Position numbers and translations under genes: made by a program. The notes below the pieces were generated by a model, which was not told the DNA's origin, searched no databases, and saw only the letters and a program-made list of their open reading frames with translations. Positions 19,473-28,317 of a stretch of DNA of 64,000 nt are shown here, in pieces. This DNA comes from an uncultured virus (IMG/VR IMGVR_UViG_3300030107_004098) (taxonomy: Duplodnaviria > Heunggongvirae > Uroviricota > Caudoviricetes). Location: the IMG/VR virus record IMGVR_UViG_3300030107_004098. One strand, 5' to 3'. The stretch's first letter is position 1. Each line of letters begins with the position of its first letter.

Positions 19473-19804
19473 TGTTATCTCTCCATTCTTGTAGTATGTC
19501 TAATAACTGTTCGGCAGTTAATTCATAATCGTCTAGAAGTTCGTGTGTTCCAATCGCTTGCACGCCCCGTCCGGAGTAAAACTCTATATGTATTGTATTT
19601 GTATTCTCATCAAAAATTACATCACATAGAATCATTATCCCATCCTCCTAGCACAAGGCATACAAAACTTCTCAGAATATGAAAATACTGGATTCATACA
19701 GTTTTCATTTCTACACAGTTTCATTTAACCATCTCCTATATTCTGCATGGAACTTTCGCAGGTATTCTGCTTTCAATAATCTTTCCTTTCTATCATATGC
19801 GTTT

Positions 19805-20155
19805 TCATTCTTCATTTGTTTTCCTCCATAGTAATTGATTAGATTTAGAATCTACTTTAGAAGTCCATCCACCTTGCTTTCGCAAACCCTTAGCAATAAA
19901 TTGACTCATAGCCAATACATTATCCCTATATTTGTTAGCGTGTTTGTATGCTCCATGTGGAGATACTGCTTTCATTAACTCATAGTATTCGTCAACTACT
20001 TCATCCATAATTAGATTAGTAGATACTTCATCATACTTGTTTGCTACGTTTTGAACTGCTTGTATCATAGTGGGGAAGTGAGAACTAGTTCTTCTTTTTC
20101 TCCCCATTATTCTTCCTCCTGTAATGGTTCTTTCATAAAAGGTTGTTTTACCCAT
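19805..20155 (-). CDS. hypothetical protein
   Basis: ORF; GGAGG RBS favours start MGRKRR (~20107). Confidence 0.55.
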   Translation of the reverse strand: MGKTTFYERTITGGRIMGRKRRTSSHFPTMIQAVQNVANKYDEVSTNLIMDEVVDEYYELMKAVSPHGAYKHANKYRDNVLAMSQFIAKGLRKQGGWTSKVDSKSNQLLWRKTNEE

Positions 20156-20463
20156 GTCTGACCAATAGGTTTTATGTTCTGTTTGATTTCAATAACTGAA
20201 TCATCAGTTAATTTAATTCCCGCCACATCAAAGGCTTGATAAACAGTCATAAAACTATCATTCTCTGGATGAAAAATTGATTTAGTCATCTTTTCACCCA
20301 CGACTACAGCACCTGTCTGCATACACTTATCGTATTCCTCAAAGTAATAATTACTATTACGATAACGAATATAAAAGTCGTTACCATTACTTAGTCGTCC
20401 TTCAATCTGTGTAGGATGTGCTACACTAGTTATTCTAAATTTTACAATTTCTTTCTCATTCAT
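20107..20463 (-). CDS. hypothetical protein
   Basis: AAGGAG RBS; PTQIEG..FYIRYR. Confidence 0.6.
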   Translation of the reverse strand: MNEKEIVKFRITSVAHPTQIEGRLSNGNDFYIRYRNSNYYFEEYDKCMQTGAVVVGEKMTKSIFHPENDSFMTVYQAFDVAGIKLTDDSVIEIKQNIKPIGQTWVKQPFMKEPLQEEE

Positions 20464-20516
20464 ATTTAATTCTCCTTTTTTGGTAATTTACAGAGATACC
20501 AACTCTAAATAATAGG

Positions 20517-20590
20517 TGGGTCTAGTGGGATTTGAACCCACGACCAACGGGTTAAAAGCCCGTCGCGCTACCTTACTGCGCCATAGACCC
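20517..20590 (-). tRNA. tRNA-Lys(UUU)
   Basis: GGGTCTA acceptor stem, anticodon arm ACGGG-CTTTTAA-CCCGT, GGTTCAAATCC T-arm. Confidence 0.93.
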
Positions 20591-20596
20591 AAAAGA

Positions 20597-20671
20597 TGCT
20601 GAATACGGGATTTGAACCCGTGTCCACGGAATGAAAACCCGCGATGATGGACCTAACTACACCAATTCAGC
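20597..20671 (-). tRNA. tRNA-Glu(UUC)
   Basis: GCTGAAT/ATTCAGC acceptor, loop TTTTCAT, ACGGG-TTCAAAT-CCCGT T-arm. Confidence 0.88.
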
Positions 20672-20686
20672 GTTTTGAATAATAAG

Positions 20687-20768
20687 TGCTGGAAGTAGGA
20701 TTCGAACCTACGAAACATTTTGTAATGGGACTTAAGCCCATCGCCTTTGACCACTCGGCTATTCCAGC
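20687..20768 (-). tRNA. tRNA-Leu(UAA)
   Basis: GCTGGAA/TTCCAGC acceptor, ATGGG-CTTAAGT-CCCAT, long variable arm, GTTCGAATC. Confidence 0.93.
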
Positions 20769-20994
20769 GTTATGTTGTTCTATTTTGTAAGGATAGAACG
20801 AAACCTTATTCGTTGTTTTGTTTTTTCATCCACAATACTATTCGGTGTCCTACGACGAACACCAAAAAGTAAAAGGCTAATTCTACTACTAAAGCCACAG
20901 CGAATGCTGTATCTTCTACACATGTTTGCTTACCCATTACGGTTGTGCAAACTTCTATGATAGCCATCAGAACTAATCAGATGATAGTTTATAT

Positions 20995-21348
20995 TTAAAC
21001 CCATTCTACATCGTATTTTTTACAATACGAACATAGTGTTTCCCAATCTTCATCCATTTCTATTCTTTCATGTTGTTTTAGTATTGGTAATACTACGTTT
21101 ACAAAATCATCCAATAAATCTGCGGCGTTCTCATCAGTTAAGTCATGGGCCAATGCCTTCTCAAACTGCATAATAAACGCGCCAATAATTCCATGTTCTG
21201 CTATCAATTTATCACTATATTTAGTAACTCTACGTATATATCGTCTCTCTCTAAAAGAAACCCAAGCATCCTTTGTTAATGCTAGAAATACGTCCGCAAA
21301 TAATTTAAACATTCTATTCCTCCAAGAATTTACGTAATCGCCTTTCAT
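20995..21348 (-). CDS. hypothetical protein
   Basis: ORF in co-oriented run. Confidence 0.55.
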   Translation of the reverse strand: MKGDYVNSWRNRMFKLFADVFLALTKDAWVSFRERRYIRRVTKYSDKLIAEHGIIGAFIMQFEKALAHDLTDENAADLLDDFVNVVLPILKQHERIEMDEDWETLCSYCKKYDVEWV

Positions 21349-21724
21349 AAATATACTTAAACATGTGTTTTCTGTATTTTTTTGTTATTTGATTAACATT
21401 ACTTTTCATAAATGTATTCATTCTGTATACTTTAACATCATCTGTAGGAATACCCAATAAAGGTATATGATTTCCATTTGCATTTACAATTGGACCTGAA
21501 CCATCTTTTTCTTGATAAACAACTAGTTCTCCTTCTCCATTAAATTGTCTTTCAGTTCCATTTTCTAATTTAACAATCATACCTTTAATTCTTTCTTTAG
21601 CAGTGTTGCTACCTACGTATCTTCTAGTTGTATAATCATATCTTTGATTAAATTCTTCCCAAATCTCGCTTTCTAATAAAAAACTCTTATATCCTTCCCA
21701 ATCATTCTTCTTTCTCCAACTCAT
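21314..21724 (-). CDS. hypothetical protein
   Basis: AGGAG RBS. Confidence 0.6.
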   Translation of the reverse strand: MSWRKKNDWEGYKSFLLESEIWEEFNQRYDYTTRRYVGSNTAKERIKGMIVKLENGTERQFNGEGELVVYQEKDGSGPIVNANGNHIPLLGIPTDDVKVYRMNTFMKSNVNQITKKYRKHMFKYIYERRLRKFLEE

Positions 21725-21802
21725 TTTATCTCTCCTTTAAAATATTTTAAGTGTGTGCAAAAACACTGTCTCTTCAGGACTAGAGTTTTGCATATGAATT
21801 TA

Positions 21803-21832
21803 CGGTTTTGTTCACGCAGACCGAAAACTGCG
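21803..21832 (-). ncRNA. small H-type RNA pseudoknot, family B copy 1
   Basis: CGCAG-UUUUCGGU-CUGCG-UGAACAAA-ACCG. Confidence 0.45.
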
Positions 21833-21866
21833 ACAAAATGCTTTACTTTTTGTTTTTGTTTGGAAA

Positions 21867-22082
21867 TTACTCTTCCAAATCGTCGCCACCCACAATTGCT
21901 TGTGTTAGAACGACTTCGTTAACATCGTTGAAGTTAACATTACCCAATTCTTCACGACTAACGAGTTCTCCGTCAACGTAAGCCCAATGGGTAGGGTGTT
22001 CAATAATTTGTTCAAGTGCGCCTTCTGCGCTCATCATAAGTTCTGTGTGTCCTGTCTCATTCAATATAGTTACTTTTACCAT
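21867..22082 (-). CDS. ubiquitin-like beta-grasp protein precursor (SAMP/ThiS/MoaD-like) ending GG-DDLEE
   Basis: MVKVTIL...VDGELV...VVLTQAIVGG plus 5-residue extension; GGTGA RBS puts ATG at 22082; TTATATA box at 22139-22145. Confidence 0.8.
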   Translation of the reverse strand: MVKVTILNETGHTELMMSAEGALEQIIEHPTHWAYVDGELVSREELGNVNFNDVNEVVLTQAIVGGDDLEE

Positions 22083-22192
22083 TTTTTTCACCTTGTTTTA
22101 GTTTAAGCCCTTCGGCATATTGTACTACGTTTAAGTGGTATATAACCGTCACGCTGCACCGTATTTTAAGCATTTTGTTAAGGAATTTCACC

Positions 22193-22447
22193 TTAATTGT
22201 TGAATTTTATCCAATATATTTTTTCTGTATGTCGTATCTCGAATATGTCGTCAAACACTGTTGTATTTGGTTCATACCCTCTTTGCATCTCCGCCAAAAT
22301 ATATTTCCAATCATCCCAATCTTGGACTACTTCTTTTACTATAGCCAACCTGTTAGGATTCTTTGTATTTTGTAATAAATCTCCCTTCTCCCAGAGAGGT
22401 TCATGTTTTATCTCTGGTATTCTTTTGAAGCCTCTTCTTTTATCCAT
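22193..22447 (-). CDS. hypothetical protein
   Basis: Coupled ORF. Confidence 0.55.
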   Translation of the reverse strand: MDKRRGFKRIPEIKHEPLWEKGDLLQNTKNPNRLAIVKEVVQDWDDWKYILAEMQRGYEPNTTVFDDIFEIRHTEKIYWIKFNN

Positions 22448-22700
22448 GTCTGTTCCCCTTATATGCGGTCCAACGTCTAGCGGCTAGTTCCGCTTGAGCA
22501 TCTTGATACCAATGTGTATAAAATATAGACATTATGATATTAATAACTGCTATCATAAAATACCACTGGTTAAAATAAGATAATATGAATAACACTAGGC
22601 TTACCGCTAGGTTAATTCTGGATAAGTCATGCATTCTACTGCTAAATTTCTTAACTTCCGCATCACTTTTTCTTTCCAAATATTCACTAACTAATCCCAA
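22440..22700 (-). CDS. small membrane protein (2 TM)
   Basis: Two hydrophobic segments. Confidence 0.6.
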   Translation of the reverse strand: MGLVSEYLERKSDAEVKKFSSRMHDLSRINLAVSLVLFILSYFNQWYFMIAVINIIMSIFYTHWYQDAQAELAARRWTAYKGNRHG

Positions 22701-22981
22701 GATTCATCACTGTTCCTTTTAGCCACTAACCATAAAACACAATATCCTGCTAAGTCGAGAAATATATCCTCATCTTTTTCAATTGCATCATGTCCCATAG
22801 CCAATCTTGAAATCTTATCATCCATTCGGACTCTAATCAATTCCTCAGCACTTCCATTCGCAAATATCCCAACAGGATTTAATGCTGAATCTCCATACTG
22901 TTCGTTTTTCAAAACTAAGAGTTCTGTTAACTCTTTCATTATTGTCTTAATCTTCTTACCTGTATCTTCTGTATTTCGCAT
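22691..22981 (-). CDS. DUF1599-like nucleotide-modification-associated protein
   Basis: KNEQYGDS, RMDDKISR, DLAGY. Confidence 0.75.
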   Translation of the reverse strand: MRNTEDTGKKIKTIMKELTELLVLKNEQYGDSALNPVGIFANGSAEELIRVRMDDKISRLAMGHDAIEKDEDIFLDLAGYCVLWLVAKRNSDESWD

Positions 22982-23019
22982 AAGTTATCACCAAAATCTA
23001 TTTCAAAATGAGCAAGAAT

Positions 23020-23300
23020 CACTTTTCCTACACATTTTGTTCACTATTCCTACGTGAGAAATCAATATGAGTAAGAAATCGCAAATATCTACATCAAAAT
23101 GTAAAAGTTCCTATTTTCCTACTTTTCCTATGCCCTCGCATATATACACATATATACATATATATCTATAACAAAATGTAGTAGATAAAATAGTGTGTGT
23201 GTAGTAGTAGGTAGGAATAGTAGGAATAGTAGGAATATTTACAATATGTAATAGATAATCCTTTTTTCTTACCCATAATGATTTCCTACGAATAGGAAAT
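23020..23300. repeat. TTCCTA/TAGGAA iteron cluster around AT-rich core (candidate origin)
   Basis: About 10 hexamers in both orientations, tandem GTAGGAATA x3, central TATA/CACA low-complexity tract. Confidence 0.55.
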
Positions 23301-23723
23301 GTGAGAATGTGTTGCATAATGACGATGAAATTGAGTGTGAAATAGAATTACCACATTATGCAACGTAAAAATATAGTATTTTCAATCAAAATACCACTAA
23401 AATATATGTATAGTTTGAGATATGGTTTATATAAACACTAGGTCAAACCTACATAAATAATTAATATGTTCATGTGCAAGACATACATCTTAGCACTTAG
23501 TAATGGAGAGGACCGAGTAGAGTATATAAGCACCTCCGACCCAACATTTCAAATGTTTGAATTGTCTAGATAACATATTTAATAATATTATTTAGATATA
23601 TTATTACACCTATCTTACCATATGGAACTTTGTGGCCCAATTTCTCTAAAAATAGGGTGGAAGTCGGGAAGATTCGCTAATATCTCCCCGACCTCCGGAT
23701 TTGACCGATTAACGCTGGTATTT

Positions 23724-24194
23724 TCAGTTACCACAGTAATTTTCGTCGTCTCTTCTAATATCTTTTATCAGAGTTTCTGATATATCTAGAAGTTTCGAGA
23801 ACCTGTGTTGCTCCATATGCAGATACCTTTCGGCGGTGCGGATTTCCTTTTCATGGGATTTCTTATGTTCCTTGAGTTTGCTTTCCGCGTCCCACTTTTC
23901 GCTGCTCAACTTATCCTTAGCAGATTTTAGTTTATCAACATGTGATACCATATCTGCTAGATGGTCTACCACTGAAAGCGGCATCCCAATTAGGATATTG
24001 AGGCATGAATGGCCTACTCCTGAATCTGGCTTTGCACGGGTTTGCATAGCGAATGCATATACCGTATTGATTACCATAATCAGGAAATTGTCGTTCTTGC
24101 AGTAAGTAGAACTGATTCCCAGTTTTTTAGCGATTTCTGGGATGTCCTCCTTACTGATGTTGTTCGTGTTACTAGATGTCGATTCCTCGTCCAT
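23724..24194 (-). CDS. hypothetical coiled-coil protein (leaderless, cassette promoter)
   Basis: ATG at 24194, conserved promoter box starts at 24213. Confidence 0.7.
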   Translation of the reverse strand: MDEESTSSNTNNISKEDIPEIAKKLGISSTYCKNDNFLIMVINTVYAFAMQTRAKPDSGVGHSCLNILIGMPLSVVDHLADMVSHVDKLKSAKDKLSSEKWDAESKLKEHKKSHEKEIRTAERYLHMEQHRFSKLLDISETLIKDIRRDDENYCGN

Positions 24195-24212
24195 GTTTAT
24201 GTCTAAAAATAA

Positions 24213-24254
24213 GAGTATATAAGGAACAATACTACAAAGCGACGTTCCATATGG
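24213..24254 (-). promoter_or_regulatory. conserved promoter cassette (TATA + CAAAG + CCATATGG)
   Basis: GAGTATATAAGG...CAAAG...CCATATGG. Confidence 0.75.
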
Positions 24255-24677
24255 TCCTCCGTTTTATACGGGACCGCAAAATGGGGATTACGATGTTAGT
24301 GGTGATGATTAGACGGTTATTAAGTCAAATCAGATGAGTATGCATCGTACCATATGGTAATAATTTGTATTTACCCCAATTTTTAACTTAAAAAAAAGTT
24401 ATTTTTTTGATTAAGCAGAAAACATTAAAAACTGCTATATTTGTTTACTTCTTATTTTTGTAGTCATCTTTAGGAACACAATGCCCTAAATCCCACAATA
24501 CGCAGAAATAACACCTTGAGCGACAAGCCCTTGTAGGCGTTTTTCCACTATTTACCTTGTCTAACCATTCTTGATTAATTACGCTATCTTCACTCATTAT
24601 TACACCTTCTACAATTACCTATACGATACCAATTACCGCATTTTTCGCATTGACTTGGAATTGCTCCGCACATATTA

Positions 24678-24947
24678 TCACTCCGAGATTATCCATTCTT
24701 CACTATCTAATTCGATACTAGCAGATAATAAGTCGATTCCTTCAAAATACATACGGGGCGACCATCTGAAATTATGTGCTTTTTGCATAGCACCAAATTG
24801 GGTTTCTAACCACTCAATATATTCAAGAATAATTATTCCGTCAGTAATCAATTGTTTAGGATAAGGCCAAGTGCAATCTGAATTAGTGCATTCAGCACTA
24901 TCATCCTCGGCTCTTACCAATTTCCATCCACATCTAAAACATTTCAT
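24678..24947 (-). CDS. zinc-finger hypothetical protein
   Basis: CFRC...CTNSDC; GGAG RBS. Confidence 0.55.
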   Translation of the reverse strand: MKCFRCGWKLVRAEDDSAECTNSDCTWPYPKQLITDGIIILEYIEWLETQFGAMQKAHNFRWSPRMYFEGIDLLSASIELDSEEWIISE

Positions 24948-25207
24948 TCATTCATCTCCTTCAATTGTAGCATAATCTGTTCAGTAATTCGTTTAACTGA
25001 ATCAATCAATTCCTCTTCCGACTTAGCCGGAATACGTAAAGATTCGATTATCCAATTTTGATAACGGTCCTGTTTGAACTTCACTATATATTCGGGGTCA
25101 TTCTTCTTCCAAAACATATTTTTTCGCTCCTTTCTTAATTATAAATGCACATTTTTTACACATTCGATATTGACGTGTTAGTTTACGTCCACAATTCTCG
25201 CATAGAA

Positions 25208-25489
25208 TCATTGTTTACCAACCGTCCAATCATAACGACGTTCATCTTCGGTGCGCCAATCCCAATCAGGATAACGCTCCTTAAGCCAATTAGGGTTTTC
25301 TTCTCGCATTTCACGATGTTGATGCCCCCGCCTTAACGCCTTTAGTCGTTCTCTACGCCAAATAGGATTATTCCAGTTATATGCATCTTTTTTGTTTGCA
25401 TATTCAGGGGCTATTCTATCAAACCCCTTTACGAATAATCCGTATTTGCGTCCATATCTATTTGTAAATGTATTACTCATTTCGTTCAC
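25208..25489 (-). CDS. hypothetical protein
   Basis: GGTGA RBS; likely start MSNTF. Confidence 0.55.
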   Translation of the reverse strand: MNEMSNTFTNRYGRKYGLFVKGFDRIAPEYANKKDAYNWNNPIWRRERLKALRRGHQHREMREENPNWLKERYPDWDWRTEDERRYDWTVGKQ

Positions 25490-25509
25490 CTTATTAAAAT
25501 AAAAAAATT

Positions 25510-25543
25510 GACTTTTTTGGTTTCGCAGAAAGTCGTAACTGCG
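25510..25543 (-). ncRNA. small H-type RNA pseudoknot, family B copy 2
   Basis: CGCAG-UUACGACUUU-CUGCG-AAACCAAA-AAAGUC, followed by U-tract. Confidence 0.5.
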
Positions 25544-25699
25544 CCGATGTGTAAATTTTTGTGTATTTTTATCGGATTAATTTTAGCATCTATTACCGGA
25601 TGCCTCGGTTTTTGGCTTTTTAGAGCGTGGAAGCCATTAACCACGGGAAAGAGGCTATTATGATTAAGCCTCTTCCTCATCGAGTAGAATAAATTGCAT

Positions 25700-26290
25700 T
25701 TATTCAGCACTCTCCTCGTTGTTAGAGTCGGAATTGTCGTTACCGACAACGCTCCAAGTCATTTTAGCATTACCGTCCCAAATCTTGTTACGGTGCTTAG
25801 ACATAAGACCCTGCTTTTCCGCGTTAACTTTCGCCTTAATGAAATCCTCTGCGGTATCAATTAGACCGTATGGGTTTTCATCAGCACGACCGGAAAGACG
25901 GAATAGGCTTAGGTTCTCTGCGCCTTCAATGCTATTTCGCAATTCGTAAATTGCGGTATAGACCTGTTCTGCTACTCCAACATGGGTATCAACAATTCCC
26001 TGTGTTTCGGGGTCAAGGGTTGAACCTCTTCCACGAACAAACGGCCAAATACCGACAGGAAACATCTTACCCGCTAAGTGGATTCTTTGCTTAATGTCTA
26101 ACGCTGGTTCGTCAGACATGGCGCTTAGAAGCCTCTCTATTTGCTGCATATCGAATTCTGCGAAGTTTCTGTCCTTCTTAGATTTGATAGCCGCTATTAG
26201 CGGGGTTGTTGTCTCAACCCATTCATTCACCTTTGCAGAATAAACTGCAAAGTCATCTTTACTCATTACTTTCGTATTTTCTTCACTCAT
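25700..26290 (-). CDS. hypothetical protein (cassette promoter)
   Basis: GGTGA RBS, ATG at 26290. Confidence 0.7.
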   Translation of the reverse strand: MSEENTKVMSKDDFAVYSAKVNEWVETTTPLIAAIKSKKDRNFAEFDMQQIERLLSAMSDEPALDIKQRIHLAGKMFPVGIWPFVRGRGSTLDPETQGIVDTHVGVAEQVYTAIYELRNSIEGAENLSLFRLSGRADENPYGLIDTAEDFIKAKVNAEKQGLMSKHRNKIWDGNAKMTWSVVGNDNSDSNNEESAE

Positions 26291-26345
26291 TTTTTTCACC
26301 TTTTACAATGTTGCCCCATCACAGGACAATTAATTCCCCCAATTA

Positions 26346-26386
26346 GAGTATATAAGGTACGTCCTGCAAAGCGGAGTACCATATGG
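26346..26386 (-). promoter_or_regulatory. conserved promoter cassette
   Basis: GAGTATATAAGG...CAAAG...CCATATGG. Confidence 0.75.
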
Positions 26387-26405
26387 TAGTAATTTGTAAT
26401 ACCCC

Positions 26406-27022
26406 AAAAAAATAAAAAAAATAAAAACAGGAAATCAGGAGCGTAAACACGTTCATTCAAATACGATTTTTACAGGTTATCGGCCGATTCCCGCACTATC
26501 CATATGAGGTGAGTAAGGTGCAATACTCCATCATTCCCACGGTGGAAAAGAAGGTGGGGTCTTAATGGTTTAAGATTAAGAAATTACTCATTTTACAGTT
26601 CTTTCGCAGACGGCGTTCACATATCTGTCTTTTAAGGCCGGTGTGTAATCTTTTACCCCGTAAAGGTTGCGCGGTAAGGCTAGATGAGGTTACATCGACA
26701 CTTACAAATTTCACCGGATTCCTATGCATTCATGTTCGTATACATTTGAATATGACGGCTACTTTAACTCACCACAAAAAGGCTCTTACTCCTAATTGCT
26801 GCCACTAACTACCCGCTAAGGTAATCCCGCTATTAAATCGGTCACAAATACATCCTTTGATTATTACGATGCTTAATCCTCGGTGGGAAAAATAAATTGC
26901 TTTTGGACACTATATCCAATGGGGCAGGTGATTGTCTTAACAATGCTTCACACTGTTTATTCGACACACGCGCGAATCCCATTCAATGCGCTAACGCGCC
27001 ACCACATGACCGGCTGAGATAC
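26406..27022 (-). ncRNA. candidate ~600-nt structured non-coding RNA
   Basis: Begins at cassette promoter, no minus-strand ORF of 60 aa or more, many hairpins, ends in U-tract. Confidence 0.55.
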
Positions 27023-27038
27023 TTATTTGGTCAATATA

Positions 27039-27078
27039 TAGTATATAAGGAACAACCACAAAGCGTAGTTCCATATGG
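27039..27078 (-). promoter_or_regulatory. conserved promoter cassette
   Basis: TAGTATATAAGG...CAAAG...CCATATGG. Confidence 0.75.
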
Positions 27079-27159
27079 TTCATTTTTCTAGGCGCAGTGA
27101 AATACAAGGCAACGCGAATAAAAATAATAAATTTGTGGTATTTTTACTTGTATTGAGCA

Positions 27160-27212
27160 AGCAAAAAATAACCCCAGATGGGGAAGGAGGGGTTTTACCC
27201 CCTCCCTCCGAA
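27160..27212 (-). terminator. GC hairpin with U-rich tail downstream of the 27226 stop
   Basis: GGAAGGAGGGG-tttta-CCCCCTCCCTCC. Confidence 0.5.
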
Positions 27213-27225
27213 TCAGGATTCTTCT

Positions 27226-27711
27226 TCATCCCTCAAGGGTTTCACCCTCGGTTGGTTCTTCTGTGGTTTCACCGATTGTAAGAAAATCGGTGATTTGCTC
27301 AACAGTGGTGAAATTGTTGTTCTTCACTACTGTTCGGAGGCGGTTGATTGCGTTTTTAGTGCTATCTTCCATTGTCCTCTTTTCACCCTTCTTGAGAGTT
27401 AGTAGGGTAATAGCCAATTGTGGGTTTTGGCTAATTACATCCCACGCATTCCCATATAGAGGGCTTGCAGGTCTACGTCCACCTTGTAGTGGGTTAGCAG
27501 AATCCTTGTATGACTGTGCGATAGTTTTTATTCGGTTCATCATTTCTTCCTTCTTGGAATCATTTTCATTACCGAAGGCTACGTATCTTTCGATATTTGC
27601 CTTATCGTGCTTAGTCAAATCACTGTCGTTCCAAAACGTCATGGCTAACCACGCAGTTACGCGGGCCATAAACGCTGTCCATCGTTCATTTATTGTAGGG
27701 CTGTCGCTCAT
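27226..27711 (-). CDS. hypothetical protein (leaderless, cassette promoter)
   Basis: ATG at 27711, promoter box variant starts at 27730. Confidence 0.7.
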   Translation of the reverse strand: MSDSPTINERWTAFMARVTAWLAMTFWNDSDLTKHDKANIERYVAFGNENDSKKEEMMNRIKTIAQSYKDSANPLQGGRRPASPLYGNAWDVISQNPQLAITLLTLKKGEKRTMEDSTKNAINRLRTVVKNNNFTTVEQITDFLTIGETTEEPTEGETLEG

Positions 27712-27729
27712 ACTATATTCAAAATTATA

Positions 27730-27776
27730 GGGTACTTAAGTTAAACCACAAAGTTACCCACATAAGTACCATATGG
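27730..27776 (-). promoter_or_regulatory. conserved promoter cassette (variant)
   Basis: GGGTACTTAAGT...CCACAAAG...CCATATGG. Confidence 0.65.
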
Positions 27777-27816
27777 TAATAATTTGTATACCTCAAAAAA
27801 ATAATTAAAAATAAAT

Positions 27817-27843
27817 AAGCAGTTTTTTGACTTACTTAGGTCT
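27817..27843 (-). ncRNA. small H-type RNA pseudoknot, family A copy 2
   Basis: GAC-CUAAGUAA-GUC-AAAAAA-CUGCUU, followed by U-tract. Confidence 0.55.
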
Positions 27844-28317
27844 GCGTATTTCGTCTTTTTACGTCGTCACGTCCGGCTCAATTAACTAAGTTACGCTTCT
27901 TTCCGGAGATTTAATAACTGAATTAACAGTTAATTGGTTATCGTAAACCGACAACCCCTCTAGTCACGTTCATTATAGAGGTTAAGATTCTTCTTCATCG
28001 AAAGACATTATTCATCACCTCTCAATAAGTCGATAAATTCTGAATAATCCATTCCGAATGATTCTGCTAATGTTTTTACAGGGATTGCTACGTATAACCC
28101 CAATTCATCATTATATCCCCATGAAGAATCGTATTTTTCTTTTCCCCAATCTTTCATTACCTGTAGATTCATTCTTCTTCACTCTCCATCCTTTTATATC
28201 GAAGAACATTCATTACTCGTTCTCTATCGTAATATAGAGCATCCTCTAATTCTTCTAATTCCTCAATGGATAATTTTTTCAATTCAGATACAATGTATTT
28301 TTTAGGATAAGTAACCA

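Noticed and set aside
21314..21724. MSWRKK start as a member of the tag family
   Set aside because: Lacks the hydrophobic pair before Lys and is on the opposite strand
23111..23317. 68 aa ORF with IPTIPT repeats
   Set aside because: Translation of the low-complexity iteron region; no RBS
25486..25749. 87 aa minus-strand ORF
   Set aside because: Overlaps the previous gene, lacks an RBS and crosses a hairpin chain and U-tract
26897..27730. Plus-strand ORFs 26897-27091, 27075-27281, 27178-27402, 27263-27730
   Set aside because: Antisense shadows crossing promoter cassettes and a better-supported minus-strand gene
4484..28200. Many minus-strand proteins end in GEEE/EEE
   Set aside because: Explained by the next gene's purine-rich RBS (GGTGAAGAAGA) and ATGA overlap; not evidence of a protein motif
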